64,000 nucleotides of DNA from Betaproteobacteria bacterium. GTDB lineage: Bacteria > Pseudomonadota > Gammaproteobacteria > Burkholderiales > SG8-41. Position 1 is the first letter of the stretch, and each line of letters starts with the position of its first letter. Where the stretch lies: positions 243 through 64,242 of the forward strand of contig JAQBFV010000189.1 of NCBI GenBank assembly GCA_032123035.1, read 5' to 3'. A program made the position numbers and the translations under genes. Positions 51,166 through 60,047 of the stretch are shown here, piece after piece. The notes under the pieces were generated by a model, which was not told the origin of the DNA, searched no databases, and was given only the letters and a program-made list of their open reading frames with translations.

Positions 51166-51459
51166 ATGCCGAAAGCGAGGAAGAAGTCGGGCAAGAGGAA
51201 ATTGAAGAAAACGAAGAAACTGGCAAGAATGCGGCCGGCGAAACACAAAACAAGAAAACGCCCGGGCACACGCAAGCCGGCACGCAGGAAGGCGGTACGG
51301 CGCAAGAAGGCAGCACCGCGTAAAAAGATTGCGCGGCGCAGGAAAGCGGCACAGCGCAAAAAGACTGCGCGGCGCAAAGCGGCGGCAGTAGCCCCTGTGG
51401 CTCCGCGGCCGGTGGCAGTTCCGGGCGCCTGGCCCTTCCCGATGGGCAGCCGACCTTAG
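51166..51459 (+). CDS. small, extremely basic Lys/Arg/Ala/Pro-rich protein (histone-H1-like composition)
   Basis: AGGAGG lies 5 nt before the ATG. The sequence is MPKARKKSGKRKLKKTKKLARMRPAKHKTRKRPG...RRKKAAPRKKIARRRKAAQRKKTARRK. A strong intrinsic terminator lies 74 nt downstream. Confidence 0.6.
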   Translation: MPKARKKSGKRKLKKTKKLARMRPAKHKTRKRPGTRKPARRKAVRRKKAAPRKKIARRRKAAQRKKTARRKAAAVAPVAPRPVAVPGAWPFPMGSRP

Positions 51460-51532
51460 CACGATGGCGGAGGTGAGCGCAGGACGCACTGGCCAAGAGG
51501 CGGCGCTCCTGCCTGGCATCCTTTTCCCATAG

Positions 51533-51579
51533 CCGCGGTGCGGCGCTTTCCTCCTCCGGCGCCGCATCGCGGTTCTTTT
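51533..51579 (+). terminator. intrinsic terminator after the basic-protein gene
   Basis: 14-bp stem CCGCGGTGCGGCGC / GCGCCGCATCGCGG (one G-U pair), a 12-nt loop, then TTCTTTT. Confidence 0.8.
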
Positions 51580-51694
51580 CGGCCCTGCTCTTCTACGCAC
51601 GCGGTGCGCATGGCCCCTGCGCACCGGCCGCTCACGTTTCTATAGCCTTTTTCGGTAGATTTCCAGCAGGCGGGGCCGCTGGGCGAGGCTGTCT

Positions 51695-52726
51695 CTAGTC
51701 CGGTTTCCAAAGGCTCTCGATGGCGCTTACTGCCGTGTCGACATCGGCTGGCCCGATGTGCCGGTGGGTAACGAAACGCAGCGTGTAGCTGTCTGCTGGC
51801 GCGACCAGCACGCCTTTTGCCTTGAGATCCGCCGACCACTGCGCGGCGCGGCGTCCGCTCGTCGTCACGTCGACGCGCACGAGGTTGGTCTCGACGTCAC
51901 GCGGATCGCACAAGCTCGTGTCGATCCGATTAAGGCTCTCTGCAAAACGCTTCGCGGTTTGGTGATCCTCAGCGAGCCGATCCACCATGGTCTCGAGCGC
52001 AACGATGCCGGCCGCCGCAAGCGGACCCGCTTGGCGCATATTGCCGCCAACCATCCGGCGGTAGGCGCGCGCCCGTTCAATGAACTCTTTGCTTCCGGAA
52101 AGGATCGATCCGACGGGGGCAGACAGTCCCTTCGAAACACAGAAGCAGACCGAATCGGAATATTGAGCAATTTCGCTCGGCGACACGGCGAGCGAAATTG
52201 CTGCGTTGAAGATCCGCGCGCCGTCTAGGTGTACCGGTATCCCGCGTTCGCGAGCGAGGTCGTATATCGCTCCCATGTGGGCGAGCGGCAGCACGGCGCC
52301 GCCGGCGCGGTTATGCGTATTCTCCATCCAGATCAACGCCGTGCCCATGTGGTAGCGAGTCGTCAGCCGGATGGCCTCGCGCAAGGCGTCGAGATCCATG
52401 GCGCCGCGCTGTCCGGGGACGCCGCGGTAGAAGAGGCCGGCCACGCCGGCGATGCCGCCCAGCTCGGCGTTAAGCGTGTGCGAACCTTCCTCGAGCAACA
52501 CCTCGCCCCCGCGGCCCCCGTGCGCGAGCATCGCGACGAGGTTCGTCATGGTGCCGCTCGGCATGAACGCGCTGGCTTCCTTGCCGGTGCGCTCGGCTGC
52601 CATGGCCTCGAGCTTCTGCACGGTGGCGTCGCCCTCGCGGGAGTCGTCGCCGAACGTCGCCTCGCGCATCGATTCGAGCATGGCCTCGGTCGGTCGGGTG
52701 ACGGTATCGCTTCGCAAATCGATCAT
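51695..52726 (-). CDS. ltaE: low-specificity L-threonine aldolase
   Basis: MIDLRSDTVTRPTEAMLESM...FGDDS...PSGTMTNL. The start is at 52726, and the listed 513-aa ORF is a spurious 5' extension. Confidence 0.88.
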   Translation of the reverse strand: MIDLRSDTVTRPTEAMLESMREATFGDDSREGDATVQKLEAMAAERTGKEASAFMPSGTMTNLVAMLAHGGRGGEVLLEEGSHTLNAELGGIAGVAGLFYRGVPGQRGAMDLDALREAIRLTTRYHMGTALIWMENTHNRAGGAVLPLAHMGAIYDLARERGIPVHLDGARIFNAAISLAVSPSEIAQYSDSVCFCVSKGLSAPVGSILSGSKEFIERARAYRRMVGGNMRQAGPLAAAGIVALETMVDRLAEDHQTAKRFAESLNRIDTSLCDPRDVETNLVRVDVTTSGRRAAQWSADLKAKGVLVAPADSYTLRFVTHRHIGPADVDTAVSAIESLWKPD

Positions 52727-52727
52727 G

Positions 52728-53336
52728 TCAGCAGCACTCTGGCTGGCCGGCTGGCTGGACGGGGCGCGCGATGAAGCAGAAGCGCCCGGGTACGGTGGTG
52801 GAACGGATCGGCTCGATCTTGATGTTGCGCTGTCGAAACGTGAGCCATAGCGCGACAGACTGGCCGCTTTCCACGACCTTGAGCAGCGCGTCGAGGGCGG
52901 TTTCATCGAGAGAGGTTCCATTCGCATCGACGAGCGACGGGAGGAGCCGGTCGAGGTCGCCGTCATGGATGGTGCCGATACCGTGCTCGGTTTCGACCAG
53001 AACGACACCCATCTCGTCGATCCAGGCGCCGCTGACGGCCGTGACCGGTTTGCCGACATGCGCCTCGATTTCGAGCGCGGCGTGCTCGGGATTCCCGATG
53101 CGATAGATGAATGGCGCGTAATCGAGCGCAACGAACACTCGTTGCGGGCCGTTCTGGAAGAACCAGCGGCCTTGTTCGTCGTGCGTGTAGTTGCGGCCAA
53201 TGAAGGCGATGACGCCGGGGTTAGTGATCCGATCACCCTTGATCAGCCAGTGTCCGCGCCGGTCGAGCGAGAGCCAGCCGTAGACTGCAGGCACGTCCGG
53301 CCACTTCGCCATCCCGCGCAGGACGATCTCATCCAT
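52728..53336 (-). CDS. conserved hypothetical protein (family not recognised)
   Basis: Coding-like composition. WPDVPAVYGWLSLDRRGHWLIKGDRITNP...FFQNGPQRVFVALDY. It is packed tightly between the EF-G-like gene and ltaE. Confidence 0.6.
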   Translation of the reverse strand: MDEIVLRGMAKWPDVPAVYGWLSLDRRGHWLIKGDRITNPGVIAFIGRNYTHDEQGRWFFQNGPQRVFVALDYAPFIYRIGNPEHAALEIEAHVGKPVTAVSGAWIDEMGVVLVETEHGIGTIHDGDLDRLLPSLVDANGTSLDETALDALLKVVESGQSVALWLTFRQRNIKIEPIRSTTVPGRFCFIARPVQPAGQPECC

Positions 53337-53350
53337 CGTGCCACTTTATG

Positions 53351-55405
53351 CTAATCCTCTTCGACGTGGACCGCTGTCTTGGCGTGGTGCGCGGTCAGGT
53401 CTTTCTGGAGGTTCGGAGGCACGGGGTCGTAATGCGAAAACTCTATGGAGAACGACCCTTGGCCGGCGGTGACCGACTTCAGCCGCGCCTGGTAGTTGTT
53501 GAGCTCGGAGAGCGGCACGCGACCCTTGATGAGCAGCATCCCCGGTCCGAGCGCGTCGGTGCCGCTCAGCTGGCCGCGCTTGGACGAGATGTCGCCGGCG
53601 ATATCACCCATGTTGGCTTCCGGCGCGGCGACCTCGATGTTCACGATCGGCTCGAGGATGATCGGGCGCGACTTGCCGATCGCGTCCATGAACGCGCGCT
53701 TGCCAGCCGCAATGAAGGCAACTTCCTTCGAATCCACAGGGTGGTGCTTGCCGTCGTACACGCTCACCCGCACGTCGTGCACCGGGTAGCCCGCGACCGG
53801 GCCGGCGTCCAGCACCTGGCGCACGCCCTTCTCCACAGCGGGGATGAACTGGTTCGGAATCACGCCCCCTTTGCTCTCGTCGCGGAATTCGAAACCCGTC
53901 CCCCGCCTTAACGGCTCGACCCGCAGGAAGACCTCGCCGAACTGGCCGGCGCCCCCCGTCTGCTTCTTGTGCCGGTGGTGGCCCTCGGCCTTTGCAGTGA
54001 TGGTCTCGCGGTAGGGGATGCGCGGCGGTTTGGTCGCGACTTCCACGTGGTATTGGCTCGTCATGCGATCCAGGATGTAGCGCATATGCAGGTCGCCAAG
54101 TCCGCTGATGATGGTCTGGTTGACCGTCGCATTGTGCTCAATTCTGAACGTGGGGTCCTCGGCCGCGAGCTTGTGCAGTGCATCCGAGATCTTCTGCTCG
54201 TCACCGCGGCGTTTGGTCTCGATCGCGAGGCTATGCATCGGCGTGGGGAACTCGAGCGGCACCAGATGAATGTGGTCCTCATCATGCGAATCGTGCAGCA
54301 CGGTGTCGAACTGGATTTCGTCCACCTTGGCGACCGCCCCTATGTCGCCGGGCACGAGCGCATCGGTCTCGACCAGCTCCTTGCCCTGCATCAGATAGGC
54401 GTGCCCGACTTTGAAAGCCTTCCGGCCCTCACCAACGAAGAGTTGCGTGTCCTTGTTGATGGTGCCCTGATGCACGCGAAATACGCCGATCTTGCCGACG
54501 AAAGGGTCGATGATCACCTTGAAAACGTGAGCGAGGACGTGCTTCTTCGGGTCCGGCTCGGCTCGGATGGGCTGCGCCTGTTCGCCCTTTCCCTTGAGCA
54601 GCTGCGGTGAATTGCCCTCCGTCGGATTGGGCATGAGTTTGACCAGCACGTCGAGCAGCTCTGCGACGCCTGCGCCATTGCGTGCGGACACGAAGCACAC
54701 CGGGATAAGATGCCCCTCCCGCAGCGCCTTCTCGAACGGCTCGTGCAGCTCGTCGGGCGTGATCTCCCCTTGCTCGAGGTACTTCGACATCAGCGCCTCG
54801 TCCACCTCGACTACCTGGTCGACGAGCGCGCTGTGGGCTTCCTCCACGGACGAGAAATCGGATTCGCCGGAGGGGTTGAAGAAGCAGTCCACGACACGCT
54901 TGCCGCCGTCGGCGGGCAGGTTGATTGGCAGGCACTCCTTGCCGAAGGCGGCCTGTATTTTTGCGAGCAGGCCGGGCAGGTCGATGTTCTCCGCGTCGAT
55001 CTTGTTCACGATAATCATGCGGCAGAGGTCGCGCTTTGACACCCATTGCATCATTCGGCTCGTGATCATCTCGACGCCGTTTTGAGCGTTCACGACAATC
55101 GCGGCCGTTTCGACGGCGGGCAGGGCGCCGATCGCGCGCCCGATGAAATCGGGCAGGCCCGGGGTGTCGATGAGGTGCACGCGCGTGCCGGCATGCTCGA
55201 GGTGCACGACGGCGGCGTTCAGCGAATGCTGGTACTGCTTCTCGAGGGCATCGGAATCACAAACGGTCGTGCCCTTTTCCACGCTGCCTGCCGTGTTGAT
55301 CGCGCCAGCCTTGGCGAGCAAGGCTTCGGTGAGCGTGGTTTTGCCGGCGCCGCCGTGTCCGACGAGCGCAATGGTGCGAATGGCTTCGGGGGAAAACTTG
55401 GACAT
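53351..55405 (-). CDS. elongation factor G paralogue (EF-G-like GTPase)
   Basis: G1 is GHGGAGKTT, G3 is DTPG and G4 is NKID. Domains II-V are present. GGAGGAG RBS. The start is at 55405. Confidence 0.88.
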   Translation of the reverse strand: MSKFSPEAIRTIALVGHGGAGKTTLTEALLAKAGAINTAGSVEKGTTVCDSDALEKQYQHSLNAAVVHLEHAGTRVHLIDTPGLPDFIGRAIGALPAVETAAIVVNAQNGVEMITSRMMQWVSKRDLCRMIIVNKIDAENIDLPGLLAKIQAAFGKECLPINLPADGGKRVVDCFFNPSGESDFSSVEEAHSALVDQVVEVDEALMSKYLEQGEITPDELHEPFEKALREGHLIPVCFVSARNGAGVAELLDVLVKLMPNPTEGNSPQLLKGKGEQAQPIRAEPDPKKHVLAHVFKVIIDPFVGKIGVFRVHQGTINKDTQLFVGEGRKAFKVGHAYLMQGKELVETDALVPGDIGAVAKVDEIQFDTVLHDSHDEDHIHLVPLEFPTPMHSLAIETKRRGDEQKISDALHKLAAEDPTFRIEHNATVNQTIISGLGDLHMRYILDRMTSQYHVEVATKPPRIPYRETITAKAEGHHRHKKQTGGAGQFGEVFLRVEPLRRGTGFEFRDESKGGVIPNQFIPAVEKGVRQVLDAGPVAGYPVHDVRVSVYDGKHHPVDSKEVAFIAAGKRAFMDAIGKSRPIILEPIVNIEVAAPEANMGDIAGDISSKRGQLSGTDALGPGMLLIKGRVPLSELNNYQARLKSVTAGQGSFSIEFSHYDPVPPNLQKDLTAHHAKTAVHVEED

Positions 55406-55809
55406 TGAACTCCTCCACCCTCGTATGGAATCGACCCTGCAAGGCCGCGGGTGCGCGCCGCAGGTAACTCCGGGTGCGATTTCGGGAGCGAGCCGTGCCG
55501 CGCGACGTTCCATGCAGTCAGTAAATCGGCGACAACACCCGCCCCGATCGCTCCGTTCCGCCAAGATGCGGCCAGAAAGCGCGTCTGCGTCGCGGGTTGC
55601 CCGGCCATAACGGCCGACTGCATCGGCTTCCCGCCCAGCACCCGGCGCTTTTTGGCTGCAACGCGCTACGCGTGGGCTTGCAGGAGAGATTCGTTGAGGT
55701 CAGCCCAGTATAGCGACGGGTTTGGGGGGGTTCAAGCTAACCCCATTGGCCGGATGGCCACGTTTATAGGAAGAGCATCGTCTGGATGCGTAACCCCAAG
55801 GAGAGAATC

Positions 55810-56709
55810 ATGAACTGGAGAGCAATCGCGGCAGCAGCCCTGCTGTGGAGTATCGCGGGAACGGCCGCCGCCGCCGGCCGGATGGCCGATGTCACGTTGT
55901 ATGATCGCGGCGCGGGGCGCTCCCTGCCGGTGTACCGGCACGAGGGCCGCTTCTACGCCGTTGGCAAGCCCGGTAACGAGTATCAGATACGCATTCGCAA
56001 TCGCACAGGCGCCGAGATACTGGCGGTGGTGTCTGTCGACGGCGTCAACGCCGTGAGCGGAAAGACGGCGAACTGGCACCAGACGGGCTACGTGCTCGCG
56101 CCACACCAGATGCTGGCGGTGAAGGGCTGGCGCAAGAGCCTGGAGCGGGTCGCCGCGTTTTACTTCACCGAGCACGCCAGTTCGTACGCGGCCCGCACGG
56201 GGCGCCCGCAAAACGTCGGCGTAATCGGTGTGGCGCTGTTTCGCAAGCGGGCGCAGCCGGACGCGCGCATGGACCAGCGGCCGCCGCGAGCCCAGAGGTG
56301 GGGGTCGGCGAACGAGAGTCCTTTCCCGGATGATGGGGATGCGGCACGCGAAAGCCATGGGGGGTGGGACGGTTCCACGGAGCGCGCCCCGTTCGACGAC
56401 TCCAAGCGGGAAATGGGCGATGCGGCCGCAGGCGCCCTGCCGGAGGCCGCGCGGCAGGATGAGCCCCGGGCGCGTCGCCGTGCGCCGGAGCCGTACGCGG
56501 CGAAGAAATCGTCTTCGCTCGGAACTGGTCATGGCCGCCGCCGGACCTCGCATGCGCGCTACACGTCCTTCGAGCGGGCGACTGACAGCCCGGCGGAAGT
56601 CGTGGCGATCCACTACGACACCTACCAGAACCTGGTCAGGCTGGGCGTCATCGGGACGCCGCGGATGGCGACTCCCTTCCCCGGGCAGTTTGTCCCGGAT
56701 CCCAGGTGA
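55810..56709 (+). CDS. secreted protein of unknown function with a central low-complexity charged linker
   Basis: AAGGAG RBS and signal peptide MNWRAIAAAALLWSIAGTAAAA. There are beta-rich N- and C-terminal parts. Confidence 0.65.
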   Translation: MNWRAIAAAALLWSIAGTAAAAGRMADVTLYDRGAGRSLPVYRHEGRFYAVGKPGNEYQIRIRNRTGAEILAVVSVDGVNAVSGKTANWHQTGYVLAPHQMLAVKGWRKSLERVAAFYFTEHASSYAARTGRPQNVGVIGVALFRKRAQPDARMDQRPPRAQRWGSANESPFPDDGDAARESHGGWDGSTERAPFDDSKREMGDAAAGALPEAARQDEPRARRRAPEPYAAKKSSSLGTGHGRRRTSHARYTSFERATDSPAEVVAIHYDTYQNLVRLGVIGTPRMATPFPGQFVPDPR

Positions 56710-56826
56710 GCGGTAAGCGACGAGCTGGCGCGCCGGGTTGCGGTGAACAGCCCGCCAATCGCCGCTCGTTGCCTGCCAACGTCGGGTTGTCGGTATGCGG
56801 ACGCTGCCGCATACTCACAACCCGTC

Positions 56827-57396
56827 ATGTCTTGGGGCGCAAGTTCGAGCGATGAGGAGCTTATGCTCTGCTATCGCAATGGCGATGCCGGGGCGTTCGA
56901 CGTCCTCTACGGGCGCCACCGGGGCGGCGTCTATCGCTACTTCCTGCGCCAGTGCCGCGATGCCGCGGTCGCCGAGGAGCTGTTTCAGGACGTATGGATG
57001 AATCTCATCCGGGCGCGCGTGGCTTATACCGTCCAGGCGAAATTCAGCACCTACCTCTACCGGCTGGCGCATAACCGCCTCGTCGATCACTACCGCCAGC
57101 GCCGGCCAACCGCGGTGGGCTACGGAGAGGTGGACGGCGATGTGCTCGAGAGCATTCCGGACGAGCGCGAGCAGCCGGCGGAGGTGTTGATCGATCTCAA
57201 GCAGCAGGCAGCGCGCTTGATGGCGTTGATCGCGGAGCTCCCCGAGGCGCAGCGCGAGGCCTTCCTTCTGCAGCAGGAGGGGGGGCTGAGCATCGAGGAC
57301 ATCGCGAGCGCGACCAACGTTACGCGCGAGACGGCGAAAAGCCGGCTGCGTTACGCGCTCGCGAAACTGAGGCAGGGGATGGCCCCATGGCGCTGA
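56827..57396 (+). CDS. ECF-type RNA polymerase sigma factor
   Basis: Region 2 is FDVLYGRHRGGVYRYFLR...ELFQDVWMNLI. Region 4 is LPEAQREAFLLQQEGGLSIEDIASATNVTRETAKSRLRYA. Confidence 0.85.
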   Translation: MSWGASSSDEELMLCYRNGDAGAFDVLYGRHRGGVYRYFLRQCRDAAVAEELFQDVWMNLIRARVAYTVQAKFSTYLYRLAHNRLVDHYRQRRPTAVGYGEVDGDVLESIPDEREQPAEVLIDLKQQAARLMALIAELPEAQREAFLLQQEGGLSIEDIASATNVTRETAKSRLRYALAKLRQGMAPWR

Positions 57397-58274
57397 ACGA
57401 GCGCAACACGGACGGCCTGGAGCGCGACCCGCTGCTTGACCGGCTCTACCCCCAGACGGGCCTTGAAGAGCCCGGGGCCGGGCTCGATGCGACGATTCGC
57501 GCCGCGGCGCGGCGGGAAGTGCAGGCGCGGCCTCATGCCCTGGGTGCGCGGCTGCGCAGATGGCGGCTGCCGATTTCGATCGCGGCCGTGGTCATGCTGT
57601 CGGTAAGCGTGGTGACTCTGATGCGCGAGGAGGGCGCTGATCGTTTCGAGGAGGGTCTTCCACCGACGATGGTGGAGCCAAGGGCCCCCACTGCCCGCCC
57701 GGGCGGCGACGCCGATCTGAAGGCCAAGGAGAGCGCCGACTCCTTGGGCCGCGCGCAGGTGCCAGAACCCCAAGCATTGCCAGCGCCAGCCGCGGGGTTG
57801 ACTACCCCCTCTGCTGAAGAGGCGCGTCGGACGCGGCGGCTTGACGCCCCCGCTACCAGGCAGGTCAAGCCCGCCGAGCCTTCCACTGCGGACATCCGGG
57901 AGCGGGCCGCTGGAGCGGCAAACGAATCCACGTCGCAGCGACCGGCGTCGTCGGCACCTGCAAAAAGACCGGCGCCGAGCGCCGCGCGCGTCTTGAGGGC
58001 GCCCGCGCCGAGCACCAAGGAAGCGCTGGTTGAGGCGAAGGAGGACAGTGCCGGGAAGCGGGCACTCAAGAAAAGTGAGCGCACGCTAACGGACAGCCAA
58101 GTCAATGCGCTGATCCGAGAACTCGAGGGAGCGTCGCCGGAAGCATGGCTGGAGAAAATCGAGCGGCTACGCCGGGAAGGGAGGAACGAAGAGGCGGATG
58201 ACTTGGTGGTCGAGTTCAGGCGCCGGTTCCCTGAGCACCCCATGCCGGTGCGGGAGGGCGTGCGTGGCAACTGA
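57387..58274 (+). CDS. single-pass membrane protein, probable anti-sigma factor
   Basis: Overlaps the sigma gene stop by 10 nt. It has one TM (LPISIAAVVMLSVSVVTL), an Ala/Pro/Arg-rich periplasmic region and a short helical C-terminal module. Confidence 0.6.
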   Translation: MALNERNTDGLERDPLLDRLYPQTGLEEPGAGLDATIRAAARREVQARPHALGARLRRWRLPISIAAVVMLSVSVVTLMREEGADRFEEGLPPTMVEPRAPTARPGGDADLKAKESADSLGRAQVPEPQALPAPAAGLTTPSAEEARRTRRLDAPATRQVKPAEPSTADIRERAAGAANESTSQRPASSAPAKRPAPSAARVLRAPAPSTKEALVEAKEDSAGKRALKKSERTLTDSQVNALIRELEGASPEAWLEKIERLRREGRNEEADDLVVEFRRRFPEHPMPVREGVRGN

Positions 58275-58568
58275 CGCACCTGCGTTTCCTCCAGGGGGCG
58301 GCGGTCGGCCTGAGCCGCCAATGAGCCGAGGCTCGAAGACTGTTGCCGCAGCGGCTGTGATCCCTGCGATTCGATCGCGACTATGAGGCGCTGGAGCGTT
58401 ATTGGTAAGCGCTCCGCCTATGGCAGTTGCAGCATCCCGCGGCAATCGATCGAGTGTTTCGAGACGGCTTGGAATCGGGACGTTAAGGTATTATTTTAGA
58501 GACAGTTTTTCTGGGTACCGGGACGAGAGCGGGCCTGCTTACAGGGTCTCGTAATCCCTTGGGAACAG

Positions 58569-58589
58569 AAAAATGCTGCGTCGCAGCAT
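58569..58589 (-). terminator. possible minus-strand intrinsic terminator with no annotated gene upstream
   Basis: On the minus strand, ATGCTGC GAC GCAGCAT is followed by TTTTTCT. Confidence 0.35.
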
Positions 58590-58615
58590 GTCTCAGGCCA
58601 ACTTGTTCACAGCCA

Positions 58616-58644
58616 TTGACAAAGCGACTGAAAGAAAACATAAT
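58616..58644 (+). promoter_or_regulatory. near-consensus sigma-70 promoter in the 58.3-58.9 kb non-coding island
   Basis: TTGACA - 17 nt - CATAAT, about 230 nt upstream of the SLT gene ATG. Confidence 0.55.
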
Positions 58645-58876
58645 TATGCCTATTGCTTTGCAGCATCCCGCTCCTGACCCAGGCGGCGCGGCGGATCTCC
58701 GACAGTGGGAGATTCCAGCCATTGACCTCGCCCACTATAACTAGTCAAATTCCTGGTCTGATCCCCAACCTATTGGGGTTGGCTTCAGGCATTGTAATTG
58801 CGGGGGACTGATATCGAGACGGTAGCGGAGGCTGGCGCCAGACGGAGCCGGCAACACAAAAAATGGAGGTTTTGCC

Positions 58877-59644
58877 ATGATTGCAAAATCAACCCTGAGC
58901 ATTGATGGTTTCGGCACGGCAGGGACGGGGCAGCGGGGACGCCACCTCGTCTCCACCTTCGTACTCGTCGCGAGCCTGCTGGCACTCTTGTTGATCGTGC
59001 ACACGCATTACGGCCCGCTACAGGTCCGGAATCCGTTCCAGCCCGGCCTGCCGCTGGTGGCTATCCAGGCCGACCGGCCGGTCCGCCTTGCCCCGCCTGT
59101 GTTGGCCTTGTCGCCCGCCGAGGAGAGCCGCTACCGCGTGCTTTCGGAATATTTGGCCAAGCGTTACCGGGTCTCCCAACAAGTCATCTTTGAGCTGGTG
59201 ACGCTGGCACATAAGGTCGGCCGCCAACATAAGCTCGACCCACTCCTGATCATGGCCGTGATGGGGACCGAGTCGAGTTTCAATCCCATCGCCGAAAGCA
59301 ACATGGGCGCCAAAGGCCTTATGCAGATCATCCCCAAATATCACGATGACAAGTTGCAGCCGTTTGGGGGCGAGAAGGCTATCTTCGATCCCGCGGCCAA
59401 CGTGGTCGTGGGGACCCAGATCCTGAAGGAATATCTGCGCCGTACGGGTAACCTCGGCATCGCGCTGCAGATGTACGCTGGCGCGCTCGGCGATAGGAAC
59501 GATTTGTATACGCACAGGGTCTTGACTGAACGGCAGCGCCTGCACAGGGTGCTGGCCCGCTCGTCTGCCCCGGGCACCCCTGCGAGGCGCACTCCCGCGA
59601 GGACGGCTTCGGCAAAGACGACGCTGTTGACCCGCTTCCGCTAA
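58877..59644 (+). CDS. membrane-anchored lytic transglycosylase (SLT domain)
   Basis: GGAGG RBS and an N-terminal TM. LDPLLIMAVMGTESSFNPIAESNMGAKGLMQIIP. Confidence 0.85.
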   Translation: MIAKSTLSIDGFGTAGTGQRGRHLVSTFVLVASLLALLLIVHTHYGPLQVRNPFQPGLPLVAIQADRPVRLAPPVLALSPAEESRYRVLSEYLAKRYRVSQQVIFELVTLAHKVGRQHKLDPLLIMAVMGTESSFNPIAESNMGAKGLMQIIPKYHDDKLQPFGGEKAIFDPAANVVVGTQILKEYLRRTGNLGIALQMYAGALGDRNDLYTHRVLTERQRLHRVLARSSAPGTPARRTPARTASAKTTLLTRFR

Positions 59645-59663
59645 TCCGGTCGCTCCGACGCCC

Positions 59664-60038
59664 ATGGCAAGGATTCGGATTGCCTGGGGCGGCGGGGCCA
59701 TCACCGCTGAGCTGCGGGACACGCCGACGGTCAAGGCGTTGCTTGCCGCGCTGCCGTGCCAGGCGAGCGCCCGCACCTGGGGAGAGGAGGTCTACTTCGA
59801 GTTGCCCGTAAAAACGGTGCTCGAACCCGATGCTCAACAGGTGGTGGAACCCGGGACAGTATGCTTTTGGGTTCAGGGCAGCGCACTCGCCTTGCCCTAC
59901 GGTCGCACGCCTGCGTCGAAGGGCGACGAATCCCGTCTCGTTACCCGGTGCAACGTCGTGGGCAAGGTCGCGGGCGAACCGCGTCAGCTGCAGAGCATCA
60001 AGGACGGGGCGGCGCTGCGCGTCGAAATCATTCCGTAG
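59664..60038 (+). CDS. cyclophilin-like-fold small protein
   Basis: ITAELRDTPTVKALLAALP...WGEEVYF...PGTVCFW...ALALPYG is the pattern of the cyclophilin-like DUF family. Confidence 0.5.
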   Translation: MARIRIAWGGGAITAELRDTPTVKALLAALPCQASARTWGEEVYFELPVKTVLEPDAQQVVEPGTVCFWVQGSALALPYGRTPASKGDESRLVTRCNVVGKVAGEPRQLQSIKDGAALRVEIIP

Positions 60039-60047
60039 GGTCGATGC

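Noticed and set aside
51695-53236. The 513-aa ORF suggests a large fusion protein ending in threonine aldolase
   Set aside because: The N-terminal 170 residues are low-complexity Ser/Arg/Ala sequence that overlaps, out of frame, the separate 52728-53336 gene. The aldolase begins at the conserved MIDLRSDTVTRPT (52726).
58646-58744. 32-codon ORF MPIALQHPAPDPGGAADLRQWEIPAIDLAHYN in the non-coding island
   Set aside because: Its ATG lies only 2 nt after the -10 hexamer of the predicted promoter, so the transcript would start downstream of it. It has no SD and its composition is unremarkable.
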